DNA of 63,101 bases, counting the filler, from Octopus bimaculoides (taxonomy: Eukaryota), in the NCBI RefSeq assembly GCF_001194135.2. It is 8 parts of 8 records of this genome, joined end to end, with 100 filler letters (N's around TTAATTAATTAA, not from the genome) between each part and the next. Parts side by side here need not be neighbours in the genome. Positions count along the whole stretch, not along the records: positions 1 to 6,777 come from NC_068988.1; positions 6,878 to 19,105 come from NC_068985.1; 6 more parts are not named here. One strand, written 5' to 3'. This document shows, one piece after another, positions 1 to 13,770 of the stretch (positions are counted from its first letter, which is position 1; each line of letters starts with the position of its first letter). The notes below the pieces were generated by a model. It was given only the letters and a program-made list of their open reading frames with translations, made no database searches and was not told where the DNA came from. Made by a program: the position numbers and the translations under genes.

Positions 1-161
<161 letters not shown>

Positions 162-550
162 AATGGGTAATCTCAGCCAACAGCCAAGGTGGAGACGAGC
201 ACCAGCGTCCCATATGGCAAGCTTGATAATTGCTGAGAAATCTCCATTGTATGAAACGAATTGTAGTCTTATTAATTCGCAAATAATATTTGTCTACCAT
301 TCCACTTTTGAGTACTCATTCTCACTGCTCATATATATGATTAGCCCTCACTGTCAACATATTCAGCAGCCAATGAGAGAACCTCTACGTGACTACTTGG
401 TCCATCTGCCAGAAATAACCAAATGTGCCTTCGTGTCTTTAAAAACGGAAAGAGATAGTTTGTCCTATCTACACTGTGACAGAAAGAGATAATGTGGCCC
501 TATATACAGTGACATATGCATAAGAAAATAAGTGCTGCTACTACTACTAT

Positions 551-602
<52 letters not shown>

Positions 603-1449
603 GCTTTTACTCTGCCAAAAACCACCGATGTAATAAAATCACATGAATACAATGTATCTTTGCTTTCAGGCAAAATTCACGTCAAAAATCATGAAACAAT
701 ATTATTAAGAAGCTAACAACAAAACCAACAACATATGCTGCATGGGAAAATAAAGGGGAATAACTACTTACTAAAAGAAGATAAGAATAGCTCGTCACCG
801 CCATTCTGTAAGATTTTCCAACCGTGAACGCATATTTGTCTTCAGCAGAACGACGGTTTTCTCTCTAACTAACTAACCGATCAATTAATTGGTTAAACAG
901 TTCTGCTGTTTAACAAGTCCTTCGATGTCTCATGTAATTGTGTCGTTGCTGTAGGCTACTATTTGCTGATATTAATAAAAACACTGGTTTATTCGTTTGG
1001 AAACCCAGTTGGGTACAAAGCCAGAGGTGCTGAGCTAATGACAGTTTATGTTATAGAATTATATCCGCTTCAAATATGAGTGAATAAAGCAACCAAATGT
1101 TCTGTCGGAAGAGCTACAAATACGCTTCTTTTATTAGCTGCTATTGTTAGGAGCGAGCTCTACCTAGAAGATATCCTGGTAGCAGGTGCGGTTAAATGAA
1201 GTTACAAATACTTGAAGATAGTACTCATTGAAATGTCTATAATAAGAAGTAAAATTCTTCTCTTTAATGAAATACATAACTTCTTGAGAAAAGAATCCAT
1301 TGTAGAACTAGTAAAAGATATAGAGAACAGAACAGTACTTGAAGACTAAAACAGATTAAATTTCTTTTTCATATAAAACAATTCGTTGCTAAAATGTTTT
1401 TTTGGTCTGCAAAACTACTCACTGATCAAAAGTATATTCATATATATCG

Positions 1450-1712
1450 ATGCCGAAAGGCAAAGTCGGAATTTGAACTCAGAACGTAACAGCAGACAAA
1501 ATACCGCTAAGCATATCCCCCACCACCGGCGTGCTAACAATTCTGCCAGCTCGCCGCCTTTAAGATTTAGTTTCCTTGTCGAGCCTTACTGATTCATGAG
1601 GTCCAGTTTTCCGGTTTCCATGGTGTATATATTCCCCAACTGGACGGGACACAGGTCCGTCTCAAGATTACTCATTTTTGCCAGCTGAGTGGGCTGGAGC
1701 ACAGCATGAAAA
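1450..1712 (-). mobile_element. Adjacent SINE fragments (family A head plus family C body)
   Basis: gaatttgaactcagaacg...ctgccagctcgccgcc, followed by ccaactggacgggac...gccagctgagtgggctggagc. Confidence 0.7.
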
Positions 1713-3039
1713 TAGGTCCGACAACTTTTATTAATATCTGAAAAAATACTAACTTCCCAACATTTTTATGGTAGAGAGTTATGAGAGGTAATATTGTATG
1801 AGAGAATGAATTCAATACGTATTTCAGTTCCGAACGTTATGAAGCACGTGTTATGGTTAAATTACTTGATACAGTTAGAAGTGTCATTGAATAGTGAGAG
1901 AGGGGTAAAGCATGAGGAATAGTAGAAGTGTCATTGAATAGAAGGGGCCGGAGGAGTAAAGGTTAAAAAGTGTGACACACCGACACACTGACACACTGAC
2001 ATTCGCTTTCGCATTTATTATATTTATATATATATATGTACGTATGTATGCACGTGTGTATGTGTACCTTTCTGTTTACGTTTGTCTTCTATCACCACCT
2101 GACAACCGGCATTAGTTTGTCTACGTTTGTTTAGCGGTTCAGCAAAAGAGAGCAGATAGAATAATTACCACACTTAAAAAAAGAATATACTGGGGTCTAA
2201 CTGACTGACTAAACTCTTCATGGTGGTGCCCCAGTATTGCCGCAGTTCAATGATTAAAACAAATAAAAGATAAAGGTTAAAAACATGAAATACATGCGAG
2301 TAACTGCATTCAAATGTATCTTTAGCATAGAAAGTTATTTGTGACACGAAACTGTGTCACAGTTTTACTTCTGAATGTTATCTGGTCGTCAGTTTTCCCC
2401 TGGAACTAGAAGACATGAGTGTCTGATGTGAACTATTGATATTAAGCGTGAATAGAATGTTTTAGCTTCAAGAAGACGTGTGAAGAATAGTGTAATTTGT
2501 AGAGGTGTGAGGAAAATTGGTGGTAATTGGTCAAAGCAAATAGGCAGTGATCTTTTGTCGCTAGTGTGTATATATATATATATATATATNNNNNNNNNNN
2601 NNNNNNNNNNNNNNNNNNNNNNNNNNNNNNNNNNNNNNNNNNNNNNNNNNNNNNNNNNNNNNNNNNNNNNNNNNNNNNNNNNNNNNNNNNNNNNNNNNNN
2701 NNNNNNNNNNNNNNNNNNNNNNNNNNNNNNNNNNNNNNNNNNNNNNNNNNNNNNNNNNNNNNNNNNNNNNNNNNNNNNNNNNNNNNNNNNNNNNNNNNNN
2801 NNNNNNNNNNNNNNNNNNNNNNNNNNNNNNNNNNNNNNNNNNNNNNNNNNNNNNNNNNNNNNNNNNNNNNNNNNNNNNNNNNNNNNNNNNNNNNNNATAT
2901 ATAAATATATATATATATACAGTTCTATATTTAAGAGATGAGGAATTATTTACATTATTTACATTATTTACATTTGACGAATATCCGTCAAATGTAAATA
3001 ATGTATATATATATATATTCATATGTATATCCATACATT

Positions 3040-3075
<36 letters not shown>

Positions 3076-4142
3076 ATACATATATATATATATGTGTATA
3101 TACATATATATATGTACATGTACTGTGTATGTATGTATTTATGTATATGCGAATATACATTTGTATATCTTTGTACGTATACATATATATATTTGTGTGT
3201 GCTTGTATGTCTATATCGTAACTAGAGAAAAAATACTGACGATTTTCAAGCTACACTTTGTCGTTTGATTTACTCCAATCAAATGCAATAGCTTCGGGCT
3301 AACCACACTGCAAGTTTTAATGATGTATTGTGGAGAACAAAGAACATAATATTAAAAGAATTAATCCAGATTCATTGTTATTTTTAAATATCTTATCTTC
3401 ATTGCATTTACGTGCTTTTAAAGGAAGCGAAATGCAGGTGTGGTTTCGAAAATCTCAGAATCTAAAATTACTTTATCATTCTTGTTACTGAGGAGTTTTA
3501 TTTCAACATTCTATTGTATCTCTCAACTATAAAATACGTAAAGACAGAACAATAATGTGAAAGACTGTGTGTGAGGGAGTGAGAGATTAAAAGGAAAATA
3601 TTGAAAGAGGAATCCAGAAGTATGAGAGTAAAAGACAGAAAGAAAGCTTGAAGAGAAAAAGAAAAGAAAATAAATATGTAAAACTAAGGAAACAACGTAA
3701 GAGAATTAAGCAGACACTATCAATTATAAACAGTCCGCCATTAACTTAACAAATAGATTTATAGGTGTGTAGCTTTTAATAGAAGTCAACGTAAAGGAAA
3801 ACATCGCGAAAATAATATGTAACAAAAGTTGTTCATTTTGCGAAGGTCAATTAATGTGAAACGCTTAGGTTAGTGGTATACTGCGTCGTATTTATTGGTG
3901 AAACAGGGATTTAAAATCAAAACTAAAGAATACTAAACTTGATGCTGTAAATACTTATATCAATTCCTTGCTAACTTTGATCTGACACTGCTGTTAATGT
4001 TGCTGTCGTTTAGGCCCAAGTCAGAGTTGTGGAGAAAGCCTATAATGGGTGGTGTTCAAGACCGTGACCATCCCGCCTATTTTCAGTCATAGTGCTTCTA
4101 GGACCACATCAACAAACTTATTTTTTGTCGAGTGATTCTTGC

Positions 4143-4500
4143 ATCGATGTGGCTGCGTGGTCAAGGAGCACACATTGCAACTATTTGACTTCCAGTTCGG
4201 TCTCGCTGCGCGGTGTTTTGGGCAAATGCCTTCTACAATTGGCCCCGGCCGACGAATGACTTCCGAATGCATTTGGCAGGTGGAAACTGTACAGAAGGCC
4301 GTTATGTGTGTGTGTGTTTCTCCCCACAATGCTTGATTATCGGTGTCGATTTGTTTACGTCACAGTAAGTTAGCAGTTCGGCAAAAATGATTGGCAGAAT
4401 AAGCACCAGGTTTACAAAACTAATACTGAGTCTCTTCGACTAAATACCTTCAAGGAAGTGCCCCGGCATGGCTGCAGTCCAGTGATTGGGACAAATGAAA
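4143..4500 (+). mobile_element. Old full-length family B SINE with long 3' tail; tail fragments also at about 2085-2270 (+), 8615-8735 (-) and 9740-9830 (-)
   Basis: gtggctgcgtggtcaag...ttttgggcaaatgccttct...; tail cttcgactaaa..ccttcaagg..gtgccccggcatggctgcagtcc. Confidence 0.7.
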
Positions 4501-5910
4501 AATGAAATTTTCACGTGTGTGATTTAATAGAGATTTGGCGACAATTTCTAGGAGGTCGAATCGCGGCGTAGAAGGCTCACCCGGTCGCCAGACGCACTGC
4601 TTATATTGTCGCTGTTGTTGTTTTAGACACCGGCCAATCTTGATCGAACAGGCATCTTATAAACACGTTCCAGTCGTGTAGTTTTTGAAAGACGATATGG
4701 TGTGATTTCAGGGGAGTTTGGCTGTTTTTCCCGCTGCATATTCACTCTCCCGTCGTTTCGTGCTAACTGGATACTTACGATATTTCCATTCGTCGTTTGC
4801 TGTTCAATTACTATTATGTGTAGCTATATTGCTTGGATATTTACCGGACAATTAGTTAAAGTGTTTATATGTGAATAGGTATCTGGGTATCCATCTGATT
4901 GGTAGTTATATGTCATTGATATTTGAATGACAGTTATATCAGATAGTTGTAGGTCAACGGGAGTGACATGTACAACGGCGAGAGAATGAGAAAGAGAGGC
5001 AAGAAGGGGGGGGGGAGATAAAGGATGCATGTAGGTAGAAAAAAAAACCAGAGGAAAACGGAGGAGTAAAATGCATAACAGGAGGAGACGATGAGTGTAG
5101 GTAGAATAAATAAGAGGAAAACAAAGAACAAGAGAGAAAAAGAGAGAGAGAGTGGGGGTAGGGGAAAAGGGAGAAAGAGAGAGAGAGAGAGAGGAAGAAA
5201 TGAAGAGCAAAAGAGAGTGGACAAGAAGGTGGAAAGAGAAGTAAGTCAGAACGAAAAAGAAGTGGAGAAAAAGCTTGAGTAAAGAAGAATGCGTTGGCTA
5301 AAGTTTAAAAATGTATGCGAGTATAAAGATGGAGAGAAAGGTCAAGTTTAAACATAAGTTTTATAAACTTCTTAACAGTATTAGTTCGATACACGGAATC
5401 TATCAAGTTTCAAGTCAAACCAAAGCCCTGATGGCTACACAATTATGAGAAAGTTAATCACCACGTAATGTCAATGTAAATTTGCATCCCTTGTAAAATT
5501 AGAGATAAGATCAATATCTTCGTATCGACAGATTGATTATCTCGAAATCTAAGCACATATTTGGTATTTGGTATCCACTTAGTAAATCATCGACGTGTCG
5601 ATATTTATTTTCAACATGTAATTCATCTATGGTGGTATGATTATTTTGGACAGTGAGAGGTGAGGAGAGAGAGTGGAGAAAAAAGAAGAGAAAAGAGGGA
5701 GAGAGGAGGTAAGACAAAAGAGTATGGCCTGATGAAGGGGAAGGCTACATAATGAGCGATTGGAGGAGAATAAAAGAAGGCTAGAGTAAGAATTGAGAAT
5801 GAATGTGAAAGACAAGGAAGAGGAAAAAAGAGCAGAATTGTAGAAAGAACAGTCAGAAAATAAGAAAATTACAGCAAATATGATGATAAAGAATATAGGA
5901 AAAGACAGAT

Positions 5911-5956
<46 letters not shown>

Positions 5957-6670
5957 GGAAAGAGAGAGAGAGGAAGAGATTGATGTAGGGAGAGGGAGGG
6001 AAGTAAAAAGTAAATTACGAAAATACATAATTGGTTTATTTCGATTGGATAAAAAGTTTATATTAATTAAGTAATAGAGTATAATTGAAATTGCCCTAAT
6101 ACACTTCTGCTAGCTAGTGGATTTTTTTGTAGGGGATATTTCAACTAAAAGAGGGAGAGACCAGTCAAGATACCTTAATTCTAAACACCAAACCTAGTCT
6201 GATTCTATACGGCCTTAAATGCTGTTTCTCACCCCCTTTTTAAAGCTATCACCCCATTTATTTTTACAAACATTTTTCAACACCTCTACTTCGTACCATT
6301 CAACACCCCCGCACAAGCTTTTAAATGCGCATGCGCATTTTATCAAGCCCGAGTAATTTAGTTCATGGTACTAGTTTCACAAGAATGACTAGTACCATAA
6401 TACCACCATACTATAAAAGAATACAATAAACACTGAGTATCTATAGTGTTTTTTTGTATGTATTCGTTTCCGTTTTGTTTTATGTACTGGTTCACATTTT
6501 GAAGTCTATTTTTATAGTCGATGTTATCGTTGTTATTCTTTTCTACTCTAAGCACAAGGTCCGAAAGTTTGGGGAAGGCGGGGGTGGGAGCAGTCGATTA
6601 GATCGACTCCTTCCCTCTTTTTTAGTTGCTATCGTAAACATGAAACTAATGGTGGCTCAATTTTAAATCC

Positions 6671-6707
<37 letters not shown>

Positions 6708-6877
6708 GTATATTGCCACTTAAGTGTGGCTGACCCCTAGGGGTGGATGTTACTGTTGCTTTTAGCCCCAGGAGGACNNNNNNNNNNNNNNNNNNNNNNN
6801 NNNNNNNNNNNNNNNNNNNNNTTAATTAATTAANNNNNNNNNNNNNNNNNNNNNNNNNNNNNNNNNNNNNNNNNNNN

Positions 6878-6928
<51 letters not shown>

Positions 6929-7919
6929 ACACATATGTATATAAAAGAGGAAGCTTTTTATACGCTATAGGATGGCAAAAAATGTTTGAAATTATAAATT
7001 ATTACTTCAGAATAACAAGCTCCATTTATTTTGTATTTCGCGAAGTATTCAATTATGAAATTAACAATTAAAAATTGCGCAATAATGTACATTACACAAT
7101 GAAAATATTTGACGAAAGAAGGATCTAAAATGTTCTCCATAGATTACAGAGTTTATAACTTCCTTTGAAACGAAAATAGACAAGATGTTATGATTCGCCG
7201 GTTTCAGATGGACTTCAATTGCAATTAAAGATAATTGCAATTGAAGGAAAGAACTATTTATTTTTATACAAATATTGTTAAATCATCGTTTGTAAAAAGA
7301 AAAGAAACAAAAAACGCTTTTTATGTTTTCTCACTTATAAAATACCTTTCCCTCTATAAAAAATCCTTTCTCCTAGTATTAAACTCCGCCGCTTTTATGT
7401 GTGTACATTAAAAAGCTAAACAATACCGTACTTATCTCGACCGGCTCCAGTACCTTTAAGAAACTTCTTTATTTTTAGGGCAAATTCTTAACTCAAAGTT
7501 AAATCCGTATAGGACATTCAGGTCACCAGTTCAACTCCTTAATAGTATTACGTAATTGAAATGAACGTAAGTTGTGGCTTGATCGTAGAGAATCGTTCAG
7601 ACGGCCATATCAAAGGCAATAAGAACCGCAAAGCATCCACGCCTCAAGAGCAAAGAATGCTGGCGAAACATTCCAATAAAATAGTAAGCCTGTAAAAGCA
7701 CGACAAGCTAGATATAGTTGCATGGGGCAGAGAGCAGAAACTGTGCACTTCTATGAAGATCAGTTACCTAACAGATGTGAATGTCTCTTCAAACACAAAA
7801 CATCTATGGAGAATTGGCAAAAAAAATCTGCAGCTCCTATAACTAGGCTATTAATATCTTCATTTGTTCCTATTATTATTGGTGCATTATATAAATATAA
7901 TTTTGTTAAACTTTAACTT

Positions 7920-8300
7920 AAAATACAATCATTCATCAACAGGTGCTTGCGTAGTATACTTAAAATTAGATGGTCCGAACACATAAGCAATATGGAGCTA
8001 TGGCAAAGAACAAATCAAGTTTGGATTAGGGAGCAAATATTTAAGAAAAAGTGGAAGTGAATTAGTAGCACAATTAGAAAAGACACACCAAATGTAGCGA
8101 AAAGTGCTTTACAGTGGAATCCGGATGGATATAGAAAGAAGGGTCGGCCTAAGAACTCGTGGCGTGGATCAGCACAAAAGGAACTAGAGAAAGGGAGACA
8201 TTCATGGCAGAGTATAAGTACAGAAGCGAAAAATTATGTGACATGGAATTCATTTATAAATGGCCTATACTCCGCGTTGGTGGGGTTAAAGGCAAGAAAT
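7920..8300 (+). mobile_element. RTE LINE ORF2 C-terminal fragment (decayed)
   Basis: FINRCLRSILKIRWSEHISNMELWQRTNQ...KWK*ISSTIRK...ALQWNPDGYRKKGRPKNSWR, the typical RTE C-terminal pattern. Confidence 0.75.
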
Positions 8301-8792
8301 GAAAGAAGAAATGAAAAGTAACAATTGATAGACAAGTGTCAATTCATTACAGCCGTTTCTAACGCGTGTTCCGAAGTATATTATAAACTGTATATTTAAT
8401 AAAATGTACATGACTTAATAGCTCAAGAGCAGATTATATATTCAGTTGGGTCCAGTTCAACTGCATGCAAAACCCGAATATCATTCTAACAGTACTTCTG
8501 TACCGAGGTTGGAATTCATCCTTAGTTGGTGTATGTGCATTTTATTCAGACCTAACAAGGTGCTTCACATTTAAGCACCTCATTCAATTGAATCTTGTTT
8601 ATATATATTCATTTCCTTGTTTTAGTCATTTCACGCCGGCCATGCTGCAGCACCGCCTTTAGTCGAACAAATAGAGCCCAGGAGATATTCTTTGTAAACC
8701 TAGTACTTATTCTATCAGTCTCTTTTGGAACTCCCGGGTTTAACAACAACAACAGCGACCACGACAGCAGCCACGACAGATATGTATATACT

Positions 8793-8988
8793 TTTCTACT
8801 CTAGGCACAAGGGGAGGGGGCCAGTTGATTGGATCGACTCCAGTACGCAATTAGTACTTAATTTATCGACCCTGAAAGGATGAAAGGCAAACTCAACCTC
8901 GGCGGAATTTGAAATCAGAACGTAAGGACAGACGAAATACCGCTAAGCATTTCGCCCGGCGCGCTAGCGTTTCTGCCAACTCGCCGCC
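8793..8988 (-). mobile_element. tRNA-derived SINE family A (Meta/Sauria-like central domain)
   Basis: Head GGCGGCGAGTTGGCAGAAACG (A box-like), B box-like tract, central CCTTTCATCCTTTC.GGGTCGATAAATTAAGTAC. About 13 copies in the window. Confidence 0.85.
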
Positions 8989-9327
8989 CCAGGTACGTAT
9001 ATACTGGCACATGTATGTATACACTAAAAACACAAAACCTCATTACACGTGTTTTGTTCGTTAAACAAGTTAAACGTGTTAGAGATTCATCTCCGGTTTT
9101 GTTGTTGTATTAATTTTCTCACTGGAACGCTTCTTGTTTTATGTTTTTTTATGTTTGCAATGACCTAATCTCATATTTACAGGCCAGGCTGGCTGGCTGG
9201 TTAGTTAGCTGGCCTTCTGACTAGCTGCCTGCTGGTTGGCTGGCTGGCTATACATACAGCTTTTGCTCGACTTTACTTTTGTTCTGATTTTCATACCTTT
9301 CTCTCTTTCTTTCTCTCTTTCTTTCTC

Positions 9328-9361
<34 letters not shown>

Positions 9362-11180
9362 TTTCTTTCTCTCTTTGTCTTTCTTTTTCTCTTTTTCTTT
9401 CTCTTCTTTGCTTTCTTTCTGTTTTTCTTTCATTATCCTTCCTTCTTTCTTTCCTTCTTTTTTTTTGTTATAGAAACAGGATTGAGACGTCTTCACTACG
9501 CTATTATTAGAACGCATGCAACACAGCTGTGGATTGACCTAAAAAGAAACAAACAACAACCTATACAGCACCGGACTAAATGCTGCTCAATGTTCTCTTC
9601 TTGCATATAGTTCCAACCAGGTAGAGACAGCGATTTGAGGGAGATATTGCTCTATTTCTAGCAGTTCAAAGACGTTTCAGCCACGACGACAGCCGTCCTT
9701 TTGTACATCAAGGACAAAATTTTTCTAATGTCATTTTAACTTTTTTGTTCTGTCTTTCATTTCAGTTATATGAACTGCGGCCATGCTGTAGGTGAGGGTA
9801 CCTCCTTAAAGGGTTTAGTCGAGCAAATCGGCTATAATAATGTAGTTATCGGCTATAACAATGTAGTCTTCCACTCTTATTGCTATGAAGGTGTAATGTT
9901 GTAGAGAAAGAAATTGGAGGAAAAAGTTACAGAGGTTTAAAAATCGAAAAAATCTGCATATTTTTAGCCATTAGCGAGACAGAAATTTTTTGCGTTTAGC
10001 GGGACGGTGTCAACTTTAAGGTTGTACCCTGTGAAATTTATAGTTTAGCGTCTGTAAAATGACCTGTTTATTGTAGGTTTCTAAATAGACAGAAATACCT
10101 AATAAAATCAACATGTACCATCTTACTGTTTCTTTTGTCTCGTCATTGATTGTATGCTTTTATTATTTTGTAAAAATTTGTTATATTTTATATTAAAAAA
10201 TAGATGCTATAAAGAACGACTGATATTAGTCAATAACTAACATTGTTTAATTGTCTCAGTAAGATATACTTCGCTATTATTATGACCTCATCAACAAAGC
10301 ATAGACTCCAACATGCTTGCCAAAGTAGCGATGAAATAATAGCCAAAAGCATGTACAAGATTGTGGCGTGTACATTGGTTAAAGTAGAAAGATAGAAATG
10401 TTTAGAGAATAAGTTATTCAGAGACGTCATCAACATGGAAAGCAACAGTTATGCTGGTGCTAAATTCTCTTATTGCAGGGAGCACTAAAGAGCCGACTTA
10501 GAAATAGTTTATACAAGAAAGCTTCAGCGTATTATATATATAAGAAGGCCACTCTATTACGTATATACAATTCCGACAATATAAACACTTGCAGATTACT
10601 GATAAAAGATAAGGTCTTTATGCAGATAAGGCTGAAATGAGTCAACTCAATAACCATCGTAAATATATCATATGGCTGTCAGTTTACTTAAGGATCATTT
10701 TTTTAAAGTAGGTGTCACAACGGTATACAGTTTTATACTGGCATTTAATCAACATAAAAATATTATATTTCAGAATTTTTTTTTTTTGTGAGTGGGGGTG
10801 GGGGGAATTCTTTGAGCAGACAAAAAATTCTGTCCTGGAACCTATTTCGTTTCATACTAGCATGTACCCGCTCTCGTTTCGCTCGGCAGACTATGTCATC
10901 GTTGTTGTTGTTGTTGTTGGTGGTGGTGGTGTTGCTGCTGCTGCTACTGATGTTGTTGTTGTTGATGGTGATGATGATTTGATGACGATAATAATGAATG
11001 ATGAATGATGATTGATGAGCATCTGAAAATAACAAAATGAAATAAAATAAATATATGAATTTAAAAAATAAGATATGAAACTAAATTAGTAAAAACAAAA
11101 TGACTGATTGAAACGTAAGAAATTTTATTGGTTAAAAGTTAATTAAAATAAGTTAATGTCAAGGGCATGGCCAACTTCTG

Positions 11181-11214
<34 letters not shown>

Positions 11215-11276
11215 CACCACCACAACTACTACCACCGCAACTACCATCACCACCACCATTACTACTACTACTACTG

Positions 11277-11320
<44 letters not shown>

Positions 11321-12030
11321 GATTCTAATAATTTGAGATGTTACGTAGAAGAGGAAGTACAGCATATGCATGTATGTATAGAGAGACAGACAGATTGAGA
11401 GAGAGAGAGAGAGACGCATATATATGTGTGAGTAGTGAGACGATTTAGCGTCTATTTCTCAGCATATAGACTAAAAAAAATTTCTAAGCCCTTATTATAA
11501 TTTATGTGTGTGTATGTGTGTGTGTGTGAGTGTATACTTGTTTGTATCTATGGACACGTACATATATGTACACACATTTGTGCGTATTTATTTACTACAT
11601 TAAAAAGTGTGGAAGTATCCATGTTCTTTGCATCCTCCACCAAACCGGTCTTGTTAAAGAGAGGAAATAGGCATGGTACCACTGTGTGACTCTCAAGTTC
11701 ACCGTTCATGGAATCATTGCACTTGTGACGTGTGATGTCTAGGCTGTGTGTGTGGATCACGCATTGTCGGGAAGACATGAAGGGTAGTGTCAGCTGCATA
11801 AAGGAAGGTCTTGTTAGATGTGGTATCAAATAGGTCTTTGATGTGCAGAAGGAAGAGAATGCGAGAAGAAACCCATCGCTAGATAACACCTGAGTTGATT
11901 GGCAAAGGGACAGAAAGAACCCCCAACAGATATCGCAATGCTGCGATTCGATGAGAAGCTACTGGTCCACATGCATTCATGCATGTATGTAGGTGAATGT
12001 ATGTACATATGTATGTACGTATGTATGAAC

Positions 12031-12075
<45 letters not shown>

Positions 12076-13044
12076 ATCATGTCTTCAATTGCATGGTCGG
12101 GTCGTCGGTGACTAAGCTTACGACCCCATTAAGCATGTTTGGTGAGGAGGGTGGTTGTTGGACACCCTGCAGGACGAAAAATAAGACCTGTCAAAGGGCG
12201 GAAGAGCTCATGAGCAGTCAACGGTCATCCAACGGTCATCCAACAATATGTGTACATGTATGTGTATACATGTATGTATGCGCCTGGACGTGGAAATACC
12301 TGGGTTGGTGTCCAGGCGCGCAGTTGGCTCACTGAGAGTTGGAGGCGCCTCTGTTGTTGTCGCAACATCTCTCTGGGAGAGGGTAACTCTGAGAGAAAAC
12401 CTGCGACACTGGCGATATTCGATGATGTAGACTAGTTCTTTCTTTCCAGTTTATGTTGTCCATATTCAGAGAGTGGGATTGGATTTGTGCAAATCCTTTT
12501 CCCACTATAAAAATTCATCATGCACAGGCATTGCTTGATGGTAATACTCGAACACGATTTTGCAGTCATCATGTATAAATGTATGCCTGCATGCATATAT
12601 GTCAGAGTGAATGTATGTAAATATTATGTATGGCCTACTGAATAGGGTGTTGCTCTCACGATCGCGAGATCGTGTCTTCAATTCCTGGATCGGGTGGTGC
12701 ACTGGGTTCTTGAGTTGAGTGACAGTCAGACAGAAGGAACTCCCAACAGATATCGCAATGGTGCGATGCGATGGAACGTTACTGACCCAAAAGATGTAAA
12801 TATGTGCGTACGTACTTGTGTGTATGCATGTTTGTTTATATGCATGTGTAAATGTGTATGTATGTATGCCGGAGCACATGATTTCAGCGTACTGCGTTTC
12901 TTCAGTGGCAGGCGTCCAGCCGCGCATACAAGTCAAATGTCACTGTCAAAGATATAAAGCGGGTGAGTGTGTGTACCCATGTATGTATGTATATATGTAT
13001 GTATGTATGTATGTACGTATGTATGTATGTACGTATCTATGTAT

Positions 13045-13245
13045 GTATGGTCTAGTGGTTAGGTTATGGCACTAACGGTCACAAGATTGTGCTTTCAATT
13101 TCTGGACAGGGTGGGGCGTTGCGTTTTTGAGTGAAACACTTGATCTCCCGTTGCTCTGCGATCATTTAAACATCTGACATATGGTACGCAGTGCATCCGT
13201 GCAGGCATCCTCAATTTGATGAAGGGCGTGAGCTAATGAGCAGCA
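13045..13245 (+). mobile_element. Diverged tRNA-derived SINE (family C-like); its tail recurs at about 58380-58457
   Basis: tggtctagtggttagg (A box), gtgctttcaatttctgg (B box-like), gtttttgagtgaaacactt (CORE-like). Confidence 0.6.
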
Positions 13246-13451
13246 CATACATTTGATCATTATAAACNNNNNNNNNNNNNNNNNNNNNNNNNNNNNNNNN
13301 NNNNNNNNNNNNNNNNNNNNNNNNNNNNNNNNNNNNNNNNNNNNNNNNNNNNNNNNNNNNNNNNNNNNNNNNNNNNNNNNNNNNNNNNNNNNNNNNNNNN
13401 NNNNNNNNNNNNNNNNNNNNNNNNNNNNNNNNNNNNNNNNNNNNNNNNNNN

Positions 13452-13770
13452 TGTATGTATGTATGTATGTATGTATGTATGTATGTATGTATGTATGTAT
13501 GTATGTATGTATGTATGCATGTAAGTATGCATGCTTGTATGTATGTATGTTTGTGTATGTATGTGTGTATATATATGTGGATGTGGGTTTGTGTATGTAT
13601 GCCTGTGTATGTATACCTGTATGCATGAATGAATATATGATTGTGTATGTATGCTGTATATATATATCCATGTATGTATGTATGTATGTATGTATGTATG
13701 TATGTACGTATGTGTGTATGTATGTATGTATGTATGCATGTATGTATGTATGTATGTATGTATGTATGTG
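13452..13770. repeat. (TATG)n microsatellite; a complementary (CATA)n tract lies at 32900-33210
   Basis: Direct reading; source of many spurious YVCM/HTYI ORFs. Confidence 0.95.

Noticed and set aside
4824-6028. Hydrophobic L/F/S-rich minus-strand ORFs resembling membrane proteins
   Set aside because: Reverse complement of GA-rich low-complexity sequence.
6822-6833. Recurrent TTAATTAATTAA 12-mer (seven copies), at first resembling a conserved motif or PacI sites
   Set aside because: Always centred in 100-bp N spacers; an assembler linker with stops in all frames.
11156-11419. Poly-Thr ORF resembling the MMP hinge or a mucin
   Set aside because: Simple (ACT/ACC)n microsatellite without splice sites or Pro/Lys interruptions, unlike the real hinge exon.
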